Shown in pieces: positions 52,491 through 64,000 of a DNA stretch of 64,000 nucleotides. How positions within the stretch are numbered: position 1 is the stretch's first letter; each line of letters opens with the position of its first letter. The stretch covers positions 68,262,001 to 68,326,000 of the forward strand of contig NC_043004.1 in the NCBI RefSeq assembly GCF_006345805.1, read 5' to 3'. The stretch is from Octopus sinensis. Its lineage: Eukaryota. The notes below the pieces were generated by a model. It had not been told where the DNA came from. It saw only the letters and a program-made list of their open reading frames with translations, and searched no databases. Position numbers and translations under genes: made by a program.

Positions 52491-52869
52491 ATATGTACAT
52501 GTCTGTCTGTGCAGTGCACTTTTTTGACGAAGGAAAGCGATTGGAGCCGTTAGCTGTCGAAATCATTCTTACAAGCCGAAGCGTCTCGTGGGAAATGAAC
52601 CTGTGCTAAGCGGAAACAAAACCAGTCTGCGACTCGGCTTACCGGAAATTCATCTCTAGTTTTATGAGCCACGACGAAGAACCTATAGCAATATGCTGAG
52701 AAAAACACAGCTATCTGCCGAAAAGTGAAAGTCAAATAATTAATGCATAATGATCTGCATTTGGATTCATGGTTTCTGTCTGAATTAATACTGGTCTACG
52801 TATTTGCGGAGACTCATATTATACACACTCCCACCCACACACAGACACAAACACAAGCACACACGCACA

Positions 52870-52918
<49 letters not shown>

Positions 52919-53168
52919 TTACTCACAGTACAAACACATAAGCGCATATACAATACCATTATACATATATGTTTATATTAATCAATATATATATTAACAC
53001 ACATATATATATATATATATATCTATATATATATTATATATATATATAACAATTTAGGAATGGCCTAGACAGGCCATCGTCGTCACTAGAAAGAGCAGCC
53101 ATAACTCCAACCGCCAAGTAGTGTAATCGGAAATAAGGTGAAAATTTAAAAACATTTACCCTAATTCT

Positions 53169-53267
53169 CTTTTATACGATGCATCGTTTCAGTGTCTTTA
53201 ATGATAGACCAGCTTAATTAAATTAAATTAAGCTAGTCTACCATAGGTCACACTTCATCAGTAAAAG
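53169..53267 (-). ncRNA. Type I hammerhead ribozyme, unit 1
   Basis: ctttta-CTGATGA-AGTGT-[gacct / 19-bp stem / taaag]-ACACT-GAAA-CGATGCATCG-TA-taaaag; predicted cleavage 53175/53174. Confidence 0.9.
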
Positions 53268-53643
53268 AAACCTGGGAGAGACGGATATATACGAGGCGAC
53301 TGTATCAATGCCTCGGGAATATCTGTCTTAAAATTTTCAAGACCAACGCATTCGCGCCAAACTTATCGGCAGCAAATATAAACTGCCGATTCAATCTCAG
53401 AATTAGTCAGAAAATTATCAATTATCAATTTAGGGTAGCAAAAAATTCAGTAAAAATTTATTCGCTACCAGCGGCCTAATGGAAAAGAGAAAATAGTCAA
53501 AGACTAAATATGTATAAATATAACAATTTAGGAATGGCCTAGACATGCCATTCGTCCACTAGAAAGAGCAGCCATAACTCCAACCGCCAAGTAGTGTAAT
53601 TCGGAAATAAGGTGAAAATTTAAAAACATTTAGCCTAATTCCT

Positions 53644-53742
53644 CTTTTATACGATGCATCGTTTCAGTGTCTTTAATGATAGACCAGCTTAATTAAATTA
53701 AATTAAGCTAGTCTACCATAGGTCACACTTCATCAGTAAAAG
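53644..53742 (-). ncRNA. Type I hammerhead ribozyme, unit 2
   Basis: Identical to unit 1; predicted cleavage 53650/53649. Confidence 0.9.
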
Positions 53743-54120
53743 AAACCTGGGAGAGACGGATATATACGAGGCGACTGTATCAATGCCTCGGGAATATCTG
53801 TCTTAAAATTTTCAAGACCAACGCATTCGCGCCAAACTTATCGGCAGCAAATATAAACTGCCGATTCAATCTCAGAATTAGTTCAGAAAATTATCAATTA
53901 ATCAATTTAGGGTAGCAAAAAATTCAGTAAAAATTTATCGCTACCAGCGGCCTAATGGAAAAGAGAAAATAGTCAAAGACTAAATATGTATAAATATAAC
54001 AATTTAGGAATGGCCTAGACAGGCCATTCGTCCACTAGAAAGAGCAGCCATAACTCCAACCGCCAAGTAGGTGTAATTCGGAAATAAGGTGAAAATTTAA
54101 AAACATTTACCCTAATTCCT

Positions 54121-54219
54121 CTTTTATACGATGCATCGTTTCAGTGTCTTTAATGATAGACCAGCTTAATTAAATTAAATTAAGCTAGTCTACCATAGGT
54201 CACACTTCATCAGTAAAAG
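54121..54219 (-). ncRNA. Type I hammerhead ribozyme, unit 3
   Basis: Identical; predicted cleavage 54127/54126. Confidence 0.9.
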
Positions 54220-54595
54220 AAACCTGGGAGAGACGGATATATACGAGGCGACGGTATCAATGCCTCGGGAATATCTGTCTTAAAATTTTCAAGACCAACG
54301 CATTCGCGCCAAACTTATCGGCAGCAAATATAAACTGCCGATTCAATCTCAGAATTAGTCAGAAAATTATCAATTAATCAATTTAGGGTAGCAAAAAATT
54401 CAGTAAAAATTTATCGCTACCAGCGGCCTAATGGAAAAGAGAAAATAGTCAAAGACTAAATATGTATAAATATAACAATTTAGGAATGGCCTAGACAGGC
54501 CATTCGTCCACTAGAAAGAGCAGCCATAACTCCAACCGCCAAGTAGTGTAATTCGGAAATAAGGTGAAAATTTAAAAACATTTACCCTAATTCCT

Positions 54596-54694
54596 CTTTT
54601 ATACGATGCATCGTTTCAGTGTCTTTAATGATAGACCAGCTTAATTAAATTAAATTAAGCTAGTCTACCATAGGTCACACTTCATCAGTAAAAG
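54596..54694 (-). ncRNA. Type I hammerhead ribozyme, unit 4
   Basis: Identical; predicted cleavage 54602/54601. Confidence 0.9.
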
Positions 54695-54908
54695 AAACCT
54701 GGGAGAGACGGATATATACGAGGCGACTGTATCAATGCCTCGGGAATATCTGTCTTAAAATTTTCAAGACCAACGCATTCGCGCCAAACTTATCGGCAGC
54801 AAATATAAACTGCCGATTCAATCTCAGAATTAGTCAGAAAATTATCAATTAATCAATTTAGGGTAGCAAAAAATTCAGTAAAAATTTATCGCTACCAGCG
54901 GCCTAATG

Positions 54909-55301
54909 GAAAATTTTAAGACAGATATTCCCGAGGCATTGATACAGTCGCCTCGTATATATCCGTCTCTCCCAGGTTTCTTTTACTGATGAAGTGTGAC
55001 CTATGGTAGACTAGCTTAATTTAATTTAATTAAGCTGGTCTATCATTAAAGACACTGAAACGATGCATCGTATAAAAGAGGAATTAGGGTAAATGTTTTT
55101 AAATTTTCACCTTATTTCCGAATTACACTACTTGGCGGTTGGAGTTATGGCTGCTCTTTCTAGTGGACGAATGGCCTGTCTAGGCCATTCCTAAATTGTT
55201 ATATTTATACATATTTAGTCTTTGACTATTTTCTCTTTTCCATTAGGCCGCTGGTAGCGATAAATTTTTACTGAATTTTTTGCTACCCTAAATTGATTAA
55301 T
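54909..55301 (+). repeat. Inverted partial copy of the array
   Basis: Joins at GAAAA microhomology (54909-54913), crosses a unit junction near 55200 and ends in (TA)n. Confidence 0.95.
54980..55078 (+). ncRNA. Type I hammerhead ribozyme, inverted copy
   Basis: CTGATGA 54986-54992, GAAA 55057-55060, GTA cleavage after 55072. Confidence 0.9.
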
Positions 55302-55440
55302 ATATATATATATATATATATACATGTTTATATTTATATATATCTATGTACGCGTATATGTCAGTATGTATATACATATGTATATATATGGATATATATT
55401 TATATATATATATATGTATGCATGTGTGTATATATGTTTG

Positions 55441-55650
55441 TGTGTCTGTGATTGTCCCACCCAACATCGCTTGACAACTGACCCTGCTGTGTTTATGTTC
55501 CCGTAACCTAGCGGTTCAGCAAAAGAGCCGGATAGAATAAGTACTAGGCTTCAAAGAATAAGTCCTGGGGTCGATTTGCTCGACTAAAGGCGGTGCTCCC
55601 TCCAGCATGGCCACAGTCAAATGACTGAAACACGTAAGATAGTAAAAGAG
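55441..55650 (+). mobile_element. 3' half of OR-like SINE
   Basis: GATAGAATAAGTACTAGGC...CCAGCATGGCCACAGTCAAATGACTGAAAC tail. Confidence 0.75.
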
Positions 55651-55843
55651 TATATATATATATATACACTCACACACACATATACATATATGGATACTGT
55701 CTTGCCTCGACTATCGCGGCTGTAACATTCCAAATACCTTTGCGATCAGTGAAAATCCGCGGAGTAGAAACAGTCCTGTACTACGTTTTTCCTTGTATTA
55801 TTCTTATAATTTGCATATATTTATTTTGTTATAAATGCAAAGC

Positions 55844-55905
<62 letters not shown>

Positions 55906-57277
55906 CGTTCGAAAAATAAAGGAAACATAAAGACGATATGAAAGACCAACAAACAGGGTCTATTTGATTGACGCTCATGAACAATGGGTGAAGTCTTTAA
56001 CGTTTCGAGCCGACGCTCTCCTACAGGAAGGATAAATGAATGGAGAAAACAGATGGTGAGAAAAAGAAAAGTGTGACTTACCCGTCACCCCATACTAAAA
56101 TGACCGGAAGATGAAGGAGCTGGTTTGAGGCGTGGGTAGATAGGACGTCTAACAGCATCCTGGCAGCTGTATGGGTAGTTGTGTGTGCTTGCTTGGATGA
56201 AGCTATTGAGTGCGTATGTTCGAGGGTTTGCTAAAACGCGTGTGATATTTAGGCAATGTGTGTGTGTATAATATACGTGTTTGTGCGTGTGTTTGGGTGT
56301 GTGTAAGTGTAAGTGTATGTGTGTATGGTCATGAGTATGTGTGTGAGAGGCTATCTAACATATGTGTCAGTATATGAGGCTATGAGACGTCTCTGTACAT
56401 GTGTGCGTGTCTGCAAGCACGTGTGTGTGTGATGTTATTATATGCAAGTGTATTGTGTGTACGTGCGTGTGTGTGTTCGTGTTTTCACTTTGTGTGTGTG
56501 TATGTGTGTGTAAAAGGCTATCAGAGTGTGTGAGGGCATGCAAGTGTATGTGTGTGCATATACGTGGGCGTGACGGAATTATGTACGTGTACGAGAAGCT
56601 TCCACACACTTTTTCCGTATACCAAATTCATTCACAATGTATTTGTGCACGCGGGGCTACAGTACAAGATAAAGTTTCCAAGCAATAGAACTGGAACTGT
56701 TACCAGCGTACCCAGGTTCCTGCCACAATCAATATTACAGATCTGCTACTTCTACAACCATGATGAATTACATATATAACCAACATCACTTATGATTGAT
56801 ACACGAGGAAATAACTGTAATTTTAACCTATCAAGATAAACTAGGGTAATATGCTATTAGAATTCTATTAAATAACCGATACATTATATGTCGGCACATG
56901 AAGTTATATACCTTCACATAACGTCATGAAACGATTTAAACTATATATTTTGAGCGATACGTAGTTTATTTGGAAGTGATTTTTTTTTATTATTTTTGGT
57001 GAGCTGGTGGCTAAATGGATAAAAATTTCGAATATATGATCAATTGTAGAAATGGGAAATACACACATATGCACACACACACACAAACACACACACACTC
57101 GCCTCCACGCAAGCAAACAGGTACGGACACTCACAAGCGGTTACACACGCACGTACACACGATTTCGCACACGCAACACACACAAACGCACATATCAGTT
57201 TATATATATATTCACAAACACAAGCACGAAGATAAATAAATAGAGAGAGAGACATATCGGTGGATATATATATATAT

Positions 57278-57341
<64 letters not shown>

Positions 57342-57350
57342 TATATATAT

Positions 57351-57538
57351 GTAGGTCCCGGGTTGATCCGGGGTTAACCACAGTAAGTAAGGTACTCAAT
57401 ACATAGCAGAGTAAAATTAATTTATTATATAGAAGGAGCTTCTACAGGACTAGTACTGTTTCATTCAAGAGAAATCTTCAAAGATTTCTCTTGAATGAAA
57501 CAGTACTAGTCCTGTAGAAGCTCCTTCTATATAATAAA
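57351..57538. repeat. Short element ending in a perfect 118-bp hairpin (57421-57538)
   Basis: 57-bp arms around TCAA; flanked by (TA)n. Confidence 0.9.
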
Positions 57539-58552
57539 TATATATATATATATAATATATATATACATATACCGGTATACATATATATATACATGTGTGC
57601 ATATATATATATATACACATACATATATAGACACACACACACGTTAACCTACACCTGAATGAACTCTCTTTAATCCTTAATAGTACACACAAGGTATTTT
57701 TGACACTTATTCGTTGCCAAATTTATTATTACTTTTTATGTCTTTCGTTCATTTACATTAGACATATTTTACAATGTTTCGCATTATCTTTTAGGATTTC
57801 TTTTATGTTATATTTCTAAACTTCATCACAGGAAGTTACTTTAGATATTAAAATATCTCTGTCCTGGTATTCTCGACATTCGCATTGTTGGTTTATGTAA
57901 TTTTGTTGGTTGTGTTTCTTTTTGTTGTTATTTTAGCGTCAATTCAAATACACTAACGTATATGTGTTTCTCTCTCTCTCTGTCTCTCTCTCTCTCTTTC
58001 TTTCCTTCCTTCTCTCTCTCTTCCTCTATATATATGTATACGTGTGTTGTATGTGTGTTATATGTATGTATTTCTATGCTCTCTTCCTGAATTCTACAGA
58101 AAGGACTAATAAGGAAATATGACAAATTTTTATTAAAAATATTTAAATTCGAACACAAACGTGTTTTCAAAATAACACACACATACATACGCACACACTT
58201 ACACTCACACATACACACACATACAAATGGGGACATACAGACATACACTTATATATACACACACCTAAACACATGTAGATTATTATCCGTATAGATTGTG
58301 TAGACACACATACAGACACACACAGTTATATATATATATATATATGCATATATGTATGTATGTATGTATATATATATATGTATATATACATATATATATA
58401 CATATGTATATATGCATATATGTATATATATATATATATATAGATATATATATATATAGATATAGATATAGAAGTAGATATAGCTCTCTCTCTATATATA
58501 TATGTATATATATATGCATATATATATATATATGCATATATATATATATGTA

Positions 58553-58594
<42 letters not shown>

Positions 58595-58672
58595 TATAGA
58601 TAGATATAGATATAGAAGTAGATATAGATCTATATATATATATGTATATATATACATATATATGTGTATATA

Positions 58673-58737
<65 letters not shown>

Positions 58738-58771
58738 CATATATATGTTATATATACATATATCTATACAT

Positions 58772-58810
<39 letters not shown>

Positions 58811-58853
58811 CTACACGCATATATATACACATATATATATATAATATATATAT

Positions 58854-58884
<31 letters not shown>

Positions 58885-59862
58885 CATGGTTTACTATTTG
58901 TATGTATGTGTGTATGTATAGCCGGCATTAGCGATAATGTTCAGTTTTTGAAGATTTTTCGTCTGCTGTCTTTTATTACACAAGAAAATCTGTAGTTGGC
59001 ATCAAAAGCATTATGTTCAAAGTAGGATATTCAGAAATAGCAAGTTCCAGGAAATATGAACTTACAGAGCACGTAAAATGCCAAAACATTTTTTGCTATC
59101 GAATTTATGTCGAATTGAATATATATAAAAAAAATTGATTTCCACCAATAACCACAACAAAAAAAAAGTACAAAACTAAATGAAAGACGAAAATCAATAA
59201 CAATAGAAAACTGACGACACAAAAAGAAGCAAATAAATATTACGAATAAAACACCAGAGAAAAAGAAAACAAAAACTGAAAGCTTTAAAATAAAAAATAT
59301 GTTATATAGATGTAACGACAAAATCTATACAAATATTAAAACACATCAACGGTAGCAACAACAAGAACGAAAAAAAGGACAACTAGAAAATAAATAAAAT
59401 ATATGACGACATCAGCAATAACACAAATATTGGCGTTAACGCTCAGTAATATTTATGTGTGTGTGAGTATATATATATATTCGTTTCCATACCGATATTA
59501 CGATATATATACATGAAATATGTGTGTGTCTATGTGTGTGTAAATATGTATGTATATATGTATTTATGCATATATACATACACAGATATATGTTTATGCG
59601 TGTTAATGTGTGCATGCTTTACACTGTGTATGTATAAACAGCAAGGACATATAGAAATAATAGGACGGCAATAGTACAATAACAACAATAATAATATCAA
59701 TAAAGAATAATAACAGAAGGGAAAAATAACAAAAGAAACGGTAATTCCAAACAAGAAACTCTTCTGCCGCAGAACCTACCTCAACAAATCTGATGTACAA
59801 TATATGTGTGCGTGTGTTTGTTATATGTACATAAATACATACACACACACACACACACACAC

Positions 59863-59937
<75 letters not shown>

Positions 59938-60173
59938 CGTATATATATATATATATATATATTATATTATATTAGAGATAAAACCACTATTAGGCAAATC
60001 AAACAGTGAAAATATAAACCAAAACATAGAAATAAAATTAATTATATAATATACAAAATATATAAAATATAAAATTCAAAATAAATTATTTAAATTTAAA
60101 ATTAAAATTTTTTTTTTTTAATTATTAATTTATACTTATAAATTTATAAATTTATATATATATATATATATTA

Positions 60174-60206
<33 letters not shown>

Positions 60207-61713
60207 GTTTTAGTTTTTATTTTTTCAAATTTTTTTTTATTTAATTATATATTTATTTAACATATATGTTTATATGTATATGGACACAAAAAGTACATGA
60301 AAGAAAAGCGAAAATTCCGAGAAAAACTGTATCCTTCTAAACCATGATCATCATTACCATCACATTATCATCATCATCATTATCATCATCATCATCATCA
60401 TCACCATCATCGTCACCACCATAATTAACGTCGTCGCAGTCGTCGTCAATTACATCAAATTTAATGTCTTAAATATCATCGTAATCATTAGCATCGCCGT
60501 CGGAATGATCATAATCCTCTACATAATCATCATCATCATCATCTTCATCATTATCATTATCATCATCATCATCATCTTCATTATCATCAGCGCCGTCCTC
60601 AACATCATTTTTATTTGTATCGTCATCATCATGATCATCATCATCATAAACATCATTGTCATACCTCGACCGTTGTTGTCATCATCGTCTCGATTGTCGT
60701 GGTTATCATCTTGGCTGTCGTTGTCATCACGATCATTGACACTTCTACGACGACAGCAACAACGGATATACCAAACTCTAGGGAGAAAAACGAAAAGGAA
60801 AAAAAGAATTGTAAATATTCATGTGACAACTGCGACACATGCTGAGATAGAAAAATAAGCAAGAAATATAAGAACCAGAAAGAACACAAGAAAAGTGGCA
60901 AAGACGGCGGCGACGACGACGATGAGGAAGACGACAACAACGACAACGACAGCTGCTGCCCAAACAACAGTAACAACAAGAAGAACTACAGAAACAACAC
61001 TTGACGAATCAGCAACGCAGCAACGACAACGCGAAAAACAACAACATGAGCAACAAGAAAAATCAACCACGAGAAGAAGAGTGTTCTTAAAGTTATTCTT
61101 ACTATGAGTAATAACGACGTTAGATATAACGGAAATGCTAAAGTGTAAAATAATAAATTCGTCGATAATGATTAGAATAACAACGACAACAACAGCAGTA
61201 GCAGCTACGGCGGCGGCGGCGGCGGCAGAAGTGAAAGTAGCATTTAAAAATAAAAATAATAATAACAATCACAACAGCAGCAGTAACGAGATGACAATAG
61301 AAATGACAAACAACAACAACAACAACAACAACAGGGAAAAGAATATTACAGCAATATTAGCAACAAGAGTGGAAATGCATAGAGATAAATTAAAATGAAA
61401 TAAAATAAAATATAAATTAAAATATAAAATAAAATAAGATAAATATATATTAAAATCGTATGAATTTTAAAAACAAAATCGAGAGGTAAACTATAAATAT
61501 TCATCATCACCATCATCACCATCATGATCGTCGTCGCCATCATCATTATCATCATTGTCACCGCCGCCATCAACAGTATCATCATTACCATCGTCTTCAT
61601 TAGGACTCGCCAACAGCGTTACGATCACGCCAGTATTATTACCACCTACGTCAACGCCATCATGATCATGATCACCATCATCATCATCATCATTTCTTTT
61701 TATCTATTTCTTG

Positions 61714-62100
61714 ACTACCCACAAGAGGCTAAACACAGAGAGGACAAACAAGGACAGACAAACGGATAAAATCGATTATATCGACCCCAGTGCGTAACTG
61801 GTACTTATTTAATCGACCCCGAAAGGATGAAAGGCAAATTCGACCTCGGCGGAATTTGAACTCAGAACGTAGCGGCAGACTAAATACCTATTTCTTTACT
61901 ACCTACAAGGGGCTAAACACAAAGAGGGTAGACAAACGGATTCAGTCGATTATATCGACCCCAGTGCGTAACTGGTACTTAATTTATAGACCCCGAAAGG
62001 ATGAAAGGCAAAGTCGACCTCGGCGGAATTTGAACTCAGAACGTAACGGCAGATAAAAATACAGCTACGCATTTCGCCCGGCATGCTAATGTTTCTGCCA
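61714..62100 (-). mobile_element. Tandem dimer of Nin/Deu-domain tRNA SINE
   Basis: Two ~185-bp copies of CGACCCCAGTGCGTAACTGGTAC...CCCCGAAAGGATGAAAGGCAAA.TCGACCTCGGCGGAATTTGAACTCAG. Confidence 0.8.
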
Positions 62101-62544
62101 GTATCATCATCATCATCGTCCTCATCATCGTTGTCATCGAGATCACCATCGTGTTAACATCAATCGCCATTACTTTCGACCTCACTATCGTCGCCGTCGT
62201 CGTCCCGTCGCCATCATCGTCGTCGGCGCCGCTGCCTTCGTCTTCGCAATCGCCGTCCTCTACTCCATTTCTAGCTGCTACAACAGTTTAAAATCGACAG
62301 CGAATTCACGAAGCTATTAAAAGTCGTTAAAATAGATATTACATGACTATATATGGTATTATTTAAAGAGGATATATTTTTCATTTCAATTGTGGAAATA
62401 GAATTCAATTTGATTGCAGTCTTATTTATATCCATTTATATTTATTTAATTCATTCCTTGTCATTATTCTAAATATTATTATTATTATTATTATCATCAC
62501 CATCATCATGATTACTATTATCATTATTATTATTATTATTATTA

Positions 62545-62597
<53 letters not shown>

Positions 62598-62770
62598 CAT
62601 TATCATCATTATTGTTGTTGTTATTTTTCAGTGTTCAAGCATTTATTTTCGTGTAATCTCTGGTTTGCCGTATTTAAACTTTTAATGGAATACAGAATAG
62701 TAGTATAGAATTTCAGTGTTCGAATGACAATGAAGTATAAATTGTCTAGTCACATAACACGTCTATATGT

Positions 62771-62850
<80 letters not shown>

Positions 62851-62851
62851 A

Positions 62852-63474
62852 CTAAAAATAAGGTGTCTAAGAGACACCACCATGCCGAAACAGCAGTCAA
62901 AACCCTGACTTTAGAAACCACGTTAAATGTTCAAATCGTACCATGAGATAAGACAGAGGGGCAACATAGACTAGCAAAAAATATTATTGAATAATTCAAG
63001 ATCCAGGGTTTCTGGTTTTGCTTTAGATAAGCTTTACCGTCATCGGATGAATATTTCAAAGTACATAAATACATATATATATATATATATATATATATGC
63101 AGAACAAATGTTATACTTACATATACGAACGTCCATACATACATATGTATGCACGTATGCACAAGGCCAGTTAAATTGCCGGCGAAAACACCCCATAAGC
63201 ACGTTCGTAATTGTAAGTATAATGTTTGTTCTGCATATATATATATATATCTGCATTTATGTACTTTGATATATTCAACCGATGACGGTAAAGATTATTT
63301 AAAGCAAAACCAGAAATCCTGGATCTTGAATTATTCAATAATATTTTTTGCTAGTCTATTTTGTCCCTCTGTCTTATCTCATGGTACGATATGAACATTT
63401 AACGTGGTTTTTAAAATCAGGGTTTTGACTGCTATTTCGGCATGGTGGTGTCTCTTAGACACCCTTATTTTTGG
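62852..63474. repeat. ~620-bp imperfect fold-back (MITE-like)
   Basis: 62852-63132 vs 63201-63474, diverged arms with symmetric internal (TA)n. Confidence 0.85.
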
Positions 63475-63571
63475 TGTAAAAAAATTATTACCTTTGTACT
63501 TTTTTTTCCCCATGCTGGCCACTTGATAATATCGATATTTAAATATCGGTGCTTCGTTGTGCCATTTATTT

Positions 63572-63635
<64 letters not shown>

Positions 63636-63719
63636 TATACCCATATATATATACATACACATATATTTTTGATCATCATGATTTTCATCGCCAGACACTG
63701 CCGTCGTATATGTACATAA

Positions 63720-63803
<84 letters not shown>
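63720..63803 (+). repeat. (GATA)n tetranucleotide microsatellite (others at ~9720-9810 and ~37685-37785)
   Basis: Direct reading. Confidence 0.95.
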
Positions 63804-63805
<2 letters not shown>

Positions 63806-64000
63806 TCTACTACTACTACTATTCATATTAATACTAAAACCGTTAGTTTTGCTTTTATGACTACTATTAATATTTGTATTAAAAGATATACCTCAATTTC
63901 AGTTTATATTATTTGATGTATTCAAACTCTTCACTATTCCTGGACGTCTGTGGTGAAGGGCTTCGATGATTTTCTTTGATGACACCTACTTGTTTGTGAA

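Larger units (their letters stand above)
53045..54913 (-). repeat. Tandem array of ~476-bp non-coding units (3.9 copies), one hammerhead per unit
   Basis: Unit starts at 53045, 53519, 53995 and 54471; near-identical; no ORF of 60 aa or more in the track. Confidence 0.97.

Noticed and set aside
53045-54913. Regular repeat array as a possible CRISPR
   Set aside because: Units are ~476 bp and identical throughout, with no unique spacers or cas genes, in a eukaryotic context
55735-55782. ...GAAACAGTC possible hammerhead 3' half
   Set aside because: No recognisable core or stems upstream
56630-56820. EGF-like (CICARG) or SRCR-like (GYICNSSW) peptides
   Set aside because: Motifs are scattered over frames and strands with stops; likely chance

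Overview
Eukaryotic, very AT-rich, microsatellite-saturated DNA. It is most likely cephalopod (Octopus-like) intronic or intergenic sequence; this is inferred from the tRNA-derived CORE/Nin SINE types and a 5S copy ending GTAAGCAT. There is no complete protein-coding gene, and almost all listed ORFs are translated microsatellites. Recognisable content: mariner and Tc1 transposons, a 5'-truncated L1/Tx1 LINE, RLE-type and RTE LINE fragments, two Penelope-like elements (PLEs; RT plus GIY-YIG remnants), many SINEs, a truncated 5S rRNA retrocopy and one convincing TRAF/MATH-like exon on the minus strand. The main unannotated signal is a window-wide population of type I hammerhead ribozyme (HHR) motifs in small non-coding units sitting in (TA)n tracts. 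(1) A tandem array of ~476-bp highly structured units (53045-55301), each with an intact HHR, has the architecture of a retrozyme or circRNA-producing satellite, and its terminal inversion crosses a unit junction. (2) Several fold-back dimers carry HHRs on both strands. (3) Three unrelated families show the compensatory U3:A8 core. (4) A tRNA-headed SINE has an HHR-bearing, PLE-like tail. All structures were folded by eye, and novelty cannot be confirmed without database searches.
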